Assembly (NCBI GenBank): GCA_965222375.1
Contig: CBDCTZ010000016.1
Coordinates: forward strand, 1,696,001 to 1,760,000
Origin: Polyangiaceae bacterium
GTDB lineage: Bacteria > Myxococcota_A > Polyangia > Polyangiales > Polyangiaceae
Direction of reading: 5' to 3'
DNA length: 64,000 bases
Shown: piece by piece, positions 58,258-64,000 of the stretch
Layout of the letters: each line of letters opens with the position of its first letter
How positions within the stretch are numbered: position 1 is the stretch's first letter
The notes under the pieces: generated by a model
The model's input: the letters and a program-made list of their open reading frames with translations, nothing else
Told to the model about the DNA's origin: nothing
The model's database searches: none
Made by a program: the position numbers and the translations under genes

Positions 58258-60249
58258 ATGTGGGCCGTGTCGGAGGCGGAGCAACCCAAGGGCGAAGAAG
58301 CGCCGCACGTACCTGCGGACGCGTTGATGGCCGAGTTGACGGTCAAGGCCGTGATTCTCGGTGCCGTGCTATCGGTCGTGCTCGCCGGGGCCAATGCTTA
58401 CTTGGGGTTGTTCGCCGGGCTCACGGTTTCCGCATCGATTCCCGCGGCAGTGATTTCGATGGCGCTGCTCAAGCCGCTTAAGGGCACGATCCTCGAAAAC
58501 AACATCGTGCAAACCTCGACTTCCGCTGGTGAGAGTGTGGCGGCGGGGGTCATCTTCACGATCCCCGCCTTGCTCATTCTCGGTGTGTGGGGCGATTTCA
58601 ACTATTGGGAGACCACCATGATCGCCGGCTTTGGCGGCGTGCTGGGGGTGCTGTTCACGATCCCGTTGCGGCGCGCGCTGATCGTGGAGGGCAGGCTGAA
58701 GTTCCCCGAGGGCGTTGCTACCGCCGAGGTGCTCAAGGTCGGCGAACGCGGGGGCGCGGGCATGCGCTACATCATCGCCTCGGGCGTGATCGGCGCGCTG
58801 TTCAAGCTCGGCGAAACCGGCTTTCAGCTGTGGCACGGCGTGGTCGAAAAAGCGCGCTACGTGGGTGGCAGCCTGGTCGCAGGCAAGCAAACCGGCGGGA
58901 CCATCGCCTACTTCGGTTCCAATCTGTCGCCGGCGCTGGTCGCGGTGGGCTACATCGTCGGGCTCAACATTGCCGTGCTGGTGTTCATCGGTGGCGCGCT
59001 CAACTGGCTCATCGCCATCCCCATCGTCGTCAGCATCGAAGGCGTTCCGGATGGTGCGAAGGATGCCGTGGATGCTGCGGGCAGTATCTGGTCAACCAAG
59101 ACGCGCTACTTGGGCGTCGGGGCCATGGTCGTCGGTGGCCTGTGGGCGCTGATCGAGCTGCGCACGGATCTGATCAGCGGCATCCGTTCGGGGATCGCGG
59201 CTTACCGGCGGATGCGCCACGGTGGCGGGACTGGAATTCGCACCGAGCGTGACATTCCGATGCAATGGGTCGGCGGCGCCGTTGTGCTCAGCGTGGTTCC
59301 GCTATTTTTCATCTTCCACCACATCACCGGCGTGCTGTGGGTCAGCGCGGTGATGGCGGTGGTGATGCTGATCGCCGGCTTTCTGTTCGCTGCGGTTGCG
59401 GGCTACATGGCGGGGCTAGTCGGTTCGTCCAACAACCCGATTTCGGGCGTGACCATTGCCACCATTTTGACCTCGGCGCTGCTGTTGCTCGCGATGCTTG
59501 GTCGCGAGAGCCGCATCGGCCCCGCTGCCGCGATTCTGATCGGCTCGGTGGTGTGCTGCGCGGCCGCCATCGCCGGTGACAACATGCAAGATCTCAAGGC
59601 TGGACGCATCATCGGCGCGACGCCTTTCAAGCAGCAGGTGATGCAAGGCGTTGGCGTCCTTGCGGCGGCTTTCGCCATCGCACCTGTGCTGACCCTGCTG
59701 GCCAAGGCGTACGGCATCGGTGTCGCGACCCCGGAGCACCCCAATCCACTGCGCGCTCCCCAGGCAACGCTGATGGCGTCGGTCGCAGAGGGAGTGTTCG
59801 AAGGCGGCCTGCCGTGGTTGATGGTGGGGATCGGCATGGGGCTCGCTGTCGTGGTCATCGCTCTGGACGGATGGCTCAAGCGGCGCGAGTCGAGCTTTCG
59901 CACGCCGGTCCTGGCCGTGGCGGTGGGGGTCTACCTGCCCTTCGAGCTGTCGGTTCCGATCCTGGTTGGCGGATTGATCGACTGGGCGGCCGGCAAGGTT
60001 GGTGCGAAGGCGAAGGCAAGCACCGAGGCCCGGGAGGCTGCGGGGCGTCATGGGCTGCTATTCAGCGCGGGCCTCATCACCGGCGAGGCCTTGGTCGGGA
60101 TCTTGTTGGCAGTGCCGATCGTGATCAGCGGCAAGTCCGATGCGCTGGCGCTGTGGGGCAGCTACGACCACAGCTGGCCCGGGGCGTTGTTGCTGTTGGC
60201 AATCGTCCTGGCGCTGCTTCGAGTCGCTCGCCCCCGACTAGCTCGGTGA
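58258..60249 (+). CDS. OPT-family oligopeptide transporter
   Basis: ANAYLGLFAGLTVSASIPAAVIS, ENNIVQT, FPEGVATAEVL, GSSNNPISG, DNMQDLKAG, APQATLM. Confidence 0.93.
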   Translation: MWAVSEAEQPKGEEAPHVPADALMAELTVKAVILGAVLSVVLAGANAYLGLFAGLTVSASIPAAVISMALLKPLKGTILENNIVQTSTSAGESVAAGVIFTIPALLILGVWGDFNYWETTMIAGFGGVLGVLFTIPLRRALIVEGRLKFPEGVATAEVLKVGERGGAGMRYIIASGVIGALFKLGETGFQLWHGVVEKARYVGGSLVAGKQTGGTIAYFGSNLSPALVAVGYIVGLNIAVLVFIGGALNWLIAIPIVVSIEGVPDGAKDAVDAAGSIWSTKTRYLGVGAMVVGGLWALIELRTDLISGIRSGIAAYRRMRHGGGTGIRTERDIPMQWVGGAVVLSVVPLFFIFHHITGVLWVSAVMAVVMLIAGFLFAAVAGYMAGLVGSSNNPISGVTIATILTSALLLLAMLGRESRIGPAAAILIGSVVCCAAAIAGDNMQDLKAGRIIGATPFKQQVMQGVGVLAAAFAIAPVLTLLAKAYGIGVATPEHPNPLRAPQATLMASVAEGVFEGGLPWLMVGIGMGLAVVVIALDGWLKRRESSFRTPVLAVAVGVYLPFELSVPILVGGLIDWAAGKVGAKAKASTEAREAAGRHGLLFSAGLITGEALVGILLAVPIVISGKSDALALWGSYDHSWPGALLLLAIVLALLRVARPRLAR

Positions 60250-60259
60250 GCGCCCTGCC

Positions 60260-60314
60260 CCGCGCGAGGTGCCGATGACGGATCTGGCCGGCACATTCAA
60301 CCAACCCCAAAACC
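60260..60314 (+). repeat. Dispersed hairpin repeat, copy B
   Basis: CCGCGCGAGGTGCCGATGACG-N8-CGGCACATTCAACCAACC. Confidence 0.85.
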
Positions 60315-60382
60315 TGCGGGTTAGCCCCACGTGACAGTTGCAGCGCGTTGAGTACCGCAGGCATCATCGCACTACCCGGCAA

Positions 60383-60871
60383 TCACGGCGCTGTTGGTAC
60401 TGCGGGCATGGTGAAGCCGCGGAGGCCAGCGTTCACGAGTTGTTCACGCGTCAGCTCCCCCTTGAGACGAAATGGAACGTCCATGTTCCAGTCGTCGGTG
60501 CCTACGTTGGCGAGGCCCTCGAAGGTGTAGTCCACCTTGGGGGAGGAGCCGAGGGCGGCCAGGGCGCCGAGGTTGCTCCAGGCAATGTTGAGGTCGCTGG
60601 GGACGCGTTCGGTTTTGCCGGCGCCGACCTTGGTGCTGCTCTTGACGGTTGCGGTGCCGACCTCGACGCCGGAGCCGATGAGGAACTTGCCGTTCACCCG
60701 ACGCACGATGATCGGGAAGGAGTTCGGGTTCTGGACGTCGAGCTGGCAGTTGAGGGTCAAACCCGTGGCGGTGATGCCGGTGACCTTGGCCGCATGAGGA
60801 GTGATCTTGGGCGGCTTGGGTTTGGAGCAGGCGACAGCAAGGACTGCCGCGGCAATGAGGGCGCGACGCAT
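60383..60871 (-). CDS. LEA type 2 / WHy domain lipoprotein
   Basis: AVAC lipobox; LDVQNPNSFPI motif. Confidence 0.82.
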   Translation of the reverse strand: MRRALIAAAVLAVACSKPKPPKITPHAAKVTGITATGLTLNCQLDVQNPNSFPIIVRRVNGKFLIGSGVEVGTATVKSSTKVGAGKTERVPSDLNIAWSNLGALAALGSSPKVDYTFEGLANVGTDDWNMDVPFRLKGELTREQLVNAGLRGFTMPAVPTAP

Positions 60872-60974
60872 GCCTCGGAGTTTTCCACACTCCGCTCACG
60901 AAATCTTGCGGCATCCCTTTCGACGCAAAGCGGCTGTATGAAGAGCGTAGCGTCGGGGCGAAAATGGTTCTCAG

Positions 60975-61961
60975 CTAGAACGGAAATGTCGCCCGGGCGG
61001 AGATGGGGGAGTCCTGGGGGTCGAGGGCGAAGAAGGTGGCGCTGAGCAGCAGGTTGTACCAGAAGTGAATCGCGACGGGGGGTGCGAGGCTGTAGTTGTG
61101 GTGGCGGTAGGACAGGCCAAGAGCGCCCCCAAGCACGGTGATGAAGGGGACGCCGAAGGCGAGATAGCGGACGCGGTCATCTTGATCCAAGGCCAAGGCG
61201 TTCGGTGCGTGGGCGAAGCCGAAGACCAAGCTGCTGGCGACCCAGGCGCTGTCTTCGCCGCTCTGCCGCGCCATCTCGGATTGGATCGTGCCGCGGAAGA
61301 GCGCTTCTTCACCAATGGCGACGTGTTCGAAGAGGCCCACGCCGACCAGGCTGGCTGCGGGATAGCCCACGCCAGGGCTCAAGCGGCGACCGAAGAGGTT
61401 CGGGTCTTTGCCGACGTTGTCGGTGTTGAAGGACTCGTCTACGACGCCGGATAGGCCAATGCCGGCAGCGAGGCCGATCAAGGTGATGGCCCAGACGTCG
61501 GTTTGCGCCAGCACTTCGGGGTTGAAGGGCGCGTAGGCGAGTTCGGCCATGCTGTCTTGCGGCACGTAGCGCAAGCGGGCCGCGCGCTGCTCTTCGAAGT
61601 GTGCGTCGGCCCAGCTGTAGAGGTACAGGTTTTGGAAGCTGATCAAGGGTACGGCTGCGGCTGGGTGCGACAGGCCGTCGAAGCCCTCGTCGCGGTGCAC
61701 TGCGACGGCGATCCCCGTGCCGAGCTCGGCGGCACCCAGCGAGATCAGCGTCGCGGCTTCAGCGCTGCGCCCTTGGCAGACGTGGCCTAGGCCGGGGAAA
61801 AACAGTGCGGTGTCTGCGGAGCAAGCCGCGTCGCGATAGCGCTGCTTGGACTCCTGCTCTCGGGGCATGGGCGGAGCACTGGCCTGCAGGCGCGCACTCT
61901 GAATTGGCGTCGCGCAATTCACCAAAAGGGGTGCCACTAGGAACGCAAAGCCGAGGCGCAA
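60975..61961 (-). CDS. CPBP/Abi-family intramembrane metalloprotease
   Basis: GEEALFRG, FGFAH, AIHFWYN. Confidence 0.82.
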   Translation of the reverse strand: MRLGFAFLVAPLLVNCATPIQSARLQASAPPMPREQESKQRYRDAACSADTALFFPGLGHVCQGRSAEAATLISLGAAELGTGIAVAVHRDEGFDGLSHPAAAVPLISFQNLYLYSWADAHFEEQRAARLRYVPQDSMAELAYAPFNPEVLAQTDVWAITLIGLAAGIGLSGVVDESFNTDNVGKDPNLFGRRLSPGVGYPAASLVGVGLFEHVAIGEEALFRGTIQSEMARQSGEDSAWVASSLVFGFAHAPNALALDQDDRVRYLAFGVPFITVLGGALGLSYRHHNYSLAPPVAIHFWYNLLLSATFFALDPQDSPISARATFPF

Positions 61962-62076
61962 AGCACCCTCAGATTAGCAGCCGGCGTGCATGGCGGGTCC
62001 GACACCTGGTGTGCTCCGCCACACCACGCTGTTGGCGGTTTTCCCGAAAAAGGCTAAGTTTGGTTTCCGTCTGCAC

Positions 62077-62092
62077 TGGAACGGCGCTTGCA
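62077..62092 (+). promoter_or_regulatory. sigma54 -24/-12 promoter
   Basis: TGGAAC-GGCGC-TTGCA, 13 nt before ATG 62106. Confidence 0.6.
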
Positions 62093-62105
62093 GTTTTCAA
62101 GGGCC

Positions 62106-63578
62106 ATGACTGCCCTCAAGCTCCTTCGGCGGGCTGGCCTCGTGCTTGTGGCAACCCTGGGCGCAGTGGCCTGTGCGGCGACCCCCGACACGGACGAAGC
62201 GCACGAGCCGAACATCAGCCAGGGCTGCCCGCCTGCACAACTCGAGTGCGGGGATGAGTGCGTGAATGTCGACCATGACGCGGCCAACTGTGGCAGCTGC
62301 GGCAACGAATGCCTCCCTGGACAGTCCTGCGTTGCGGGTCGCTGCAAGACGACGTGCTCGGCCGGGCAGGACGTATGCGACGGTGCATGCACGGACACCT
62401 CGGTGGATCCGGCGCATTGTGGTGACTGCGGGCGCGCGTGTCCCTCCGGGACGTTTTGCGTGGATGGCAAATGTGATCTCGAGTGCCCGGCTTCGAAGAC
62501 GAAGTGCGACGACAAGTGCGTCGATCTGACGTCAGATTCTGGCAACTGTGGCAGCTGCGGTCTCATCTGTGGTGCGGGCGAAGAGTGCACGGACGGTGCA
62601 TGCCGACCGATGTGCGTCGGGTCGCTGCGGTTGTGTAGTGGGCTCTGCGTGGACACTCAGGTCGACCCGAAGCACTGCGGGGCGTGTGGGTTCGTGTGCA
62701 ATGAGGGCGTGGCTTGCGAAGCGGGTGCTTGCGAGGGCAGCTGTAGTTTGGGCTTCGCGAAGTGTGGGGCCGAGTGCGTCGATCCGATGAGCAGCCTCGC
62801 GCACTGCGGACAGTGCGACAATGTCTGTGCCGCTGGAGAAACGTGTACGTCGGGAGTCTGCACGCCAAGTTGCGCGGTGGGGCAGGTGGCCTGTGACGGC
62901 GCTTGCGTGGATACGAAGACCGATTCGAAGCACTGTGGGGGCTGCGGCAAGGCCTGTGGCGCGGGTCAACAGTGTGTGGCGGGTGTTTGTGAAACGCCGT
63001 GCGCGGTTGGGGAAACCAAGTGCGGCTCAGCCTGCGTGGATCTGCTCAGCGACGACAAGAACTGCGGTACCTGCAGCACCGCTTGCGTCAAGGGCGCGAG
63101 CTGCACCGCGGGCAAGTGCGTCGTCGGGTGCAGTCCGACGGCCAACATCGCAGGAACCGCGACGGGCATGAGCAAGTCGCCAGCCGGCGAAGACTCCAAG
63201 GGATACGGCCCGTCGCTTCTCAACGATGGCAAGGGCTATCCGCACTGCACCACCCACAAGTGGCATTGGCTCGGTGTGGCCTATGGGTCGCTCGGCTATA
63301 CGACCTATAGCTGGCCCACGGCGCAGACCGTTGCGCGCATCGAGATCGAAACTGGCAACGCCTGCACGGGGACGGCCGTGGCCATGAAGTCGGCGACGGT
63401 TCAGTGGTGGGACGGCAAAGCCTGGGTCAACGCCGGGACTATCAGTGGCAGCGGCGCGTTGCGCAGCTTCACTTTCTCGACACCGGTGACGACGACCAAG
63501 CTGCGCCTCTACGCCGTCAAGCCTGAGATCTACGACCGCGCCGCGGTGCTGTACGAGTGGAAAGTCTTTTCCTGCTGA
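62106..63578 (+). CDS. Cys-rich repeat lipoprotein with C-terminal discoidin/F5-8-like domain
   Basis: AVAC lipobox; seven C..CVD...D..[NH]CG.CG..C..G..C..G.C units; C-terminal FTFSTPVTTTKLRL...EWKVF. Confidence 0.85.
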   Translation: MTALKLLRRAGLVLVATLGAVACAATPDTDEAHEPNISQGCPPAQLECGDECVNVDHDAANCGSCGNECLPGQSCVAGRCKTTCSAGQDVCDGACTDTSVDPAHCGDCGRACPSGTFCVDGKCDLECPASKTKCDDKCVDLTSDSGNCGSCGLICGAGEECTDGACRPMCVGSLRLCSGLCVDTQVDPKHCGACGFVCNEGVACEAGACEGSCSLGFAKCGAECVDPMSSLAHCGQCDNVCAAGETCTSGVCTPSCAVGQVACDGACVDTKTDSKHCGGCGKACGAGQQCVAGVCETPCAVGETKCGSACVDLLSDDKNCGTCSTACVKGASCTAGKCVVGCSPTANIAGTATGMSKSPAGEDSKGYGPSLLNDGKGYPHCTTHKWHWLGVAYGSLGYTTYSWPTAQTVARIEIETGNACTGTAVAMKSATVQWWDGKAWVNAGTISGSGALRSFTFSTPVTTTKLRLYAVKPEIYDRAAVLYEWKVFSC

Positions 63579-63579
63579 G

Positions 63580-63999
63580 TCACGGTTCACTTGGTTCGGC
63601 TGTGTCGGTCGGTTTGGCCGTGTCGGTCAGCTCGGTCGCGGCGCTGTCTGCCTGCTCTCCGGTTTGGACGCTGACTTGCATCGTGCATGGCTCTGCAAGA
63701 CTCATGGCGTCGGCACGGGCGATCTGCGACTCGGAGAGCAGCCAGACGGGTCTGTCGTTCAACCAGAAGCTCACGCCTAGCTGTTCGCTCTTCAAGGCCA
63801 AGCTCTTGGGTAGCTCGTCGAGCTTGCGCTCCCCGAGCAACTTTGCCGGCTTCTGCATCGTCATCAGCTTCAGGCTGCCCGGCGTGGCAGCGTAGGAAAC
63901 CTCGATGTCCGAGTCTTGGGAACGGCGCAGCACCATGCCGAAACCCGAGCTCAGCTCCGTGGGCTCGACCCGCACCCAGGCTTTGGTGCCCTGAGGCGT
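63580..63999 (-). CDS. Hypothetical protein, 5'-truncated by window edge
   Basis: Frame open to the window end. Confidence 0.55.
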   Translation of the reverse strand, partial: TPQGTKAWVRVEPTELSSGFGMVLRRSQDSDIEVSYAATPGSLKLMTMQKPAKLLGERKLDELPKSLALKSEQLGVSFWLNDRPVWLLSESQIARADAMSLAEPCTMQVSVQTGEQADSAATELTDTAKPTDTAEPSEP

Positions 64000-64000
64000 C

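Noticed and set aside
1..64000. tRNA, rRNA, intact transposase/integrase or known defence system; many long antisense ORFs
   Set aside because: None recognised by eye; the antisense ORFs are typical shadows of high-GC genes.

Overview
GC-rich bacterial chromosomal DNA, most consistent with a myxobacterium (Polyangiales/Sorangiineae-like). This is inferred from a MYXO-CTERM tail, many Cys/Gly-rich lipoproteins, a Ser/Thr kinase-TPR-FHA/sigma54 module and a B12-binding CarH. Left to right: a Pho cluster (phoB, phoR, phosphate-porin-like gene, pstSCAB, phoU, two pho boxes); a kinase signalling module; secreted beta-helix and RCC1 proteins; a P-type ATPase; two HxlR modules; an RlmD-like methyltransferase; a four-helix-bundle gene; cysD-cysNC; a methyltransferase resembling fungal sphingolipid C9-methyltransferase; a 117-bp multi-hairpin repeat array; aat; a crtY-crtE-crtI-crtB-orfX-carH operon with a divergent ABC transporter; an AarF kinase; an internally deleted group II intron; trmO; an OPT transporter flanked by direct repeats; further lipoproteins. 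The most unusual signal is a 27-nt sequence present twice, 6.9 kb apart. One copy is an apparent in-frame insertion in the four-helix-bundle gene and the other splits a hairpin of the repeat array, suggesting a very small mobile element. All calls come from reading the sequence and remembered family motifs; no searches were run.
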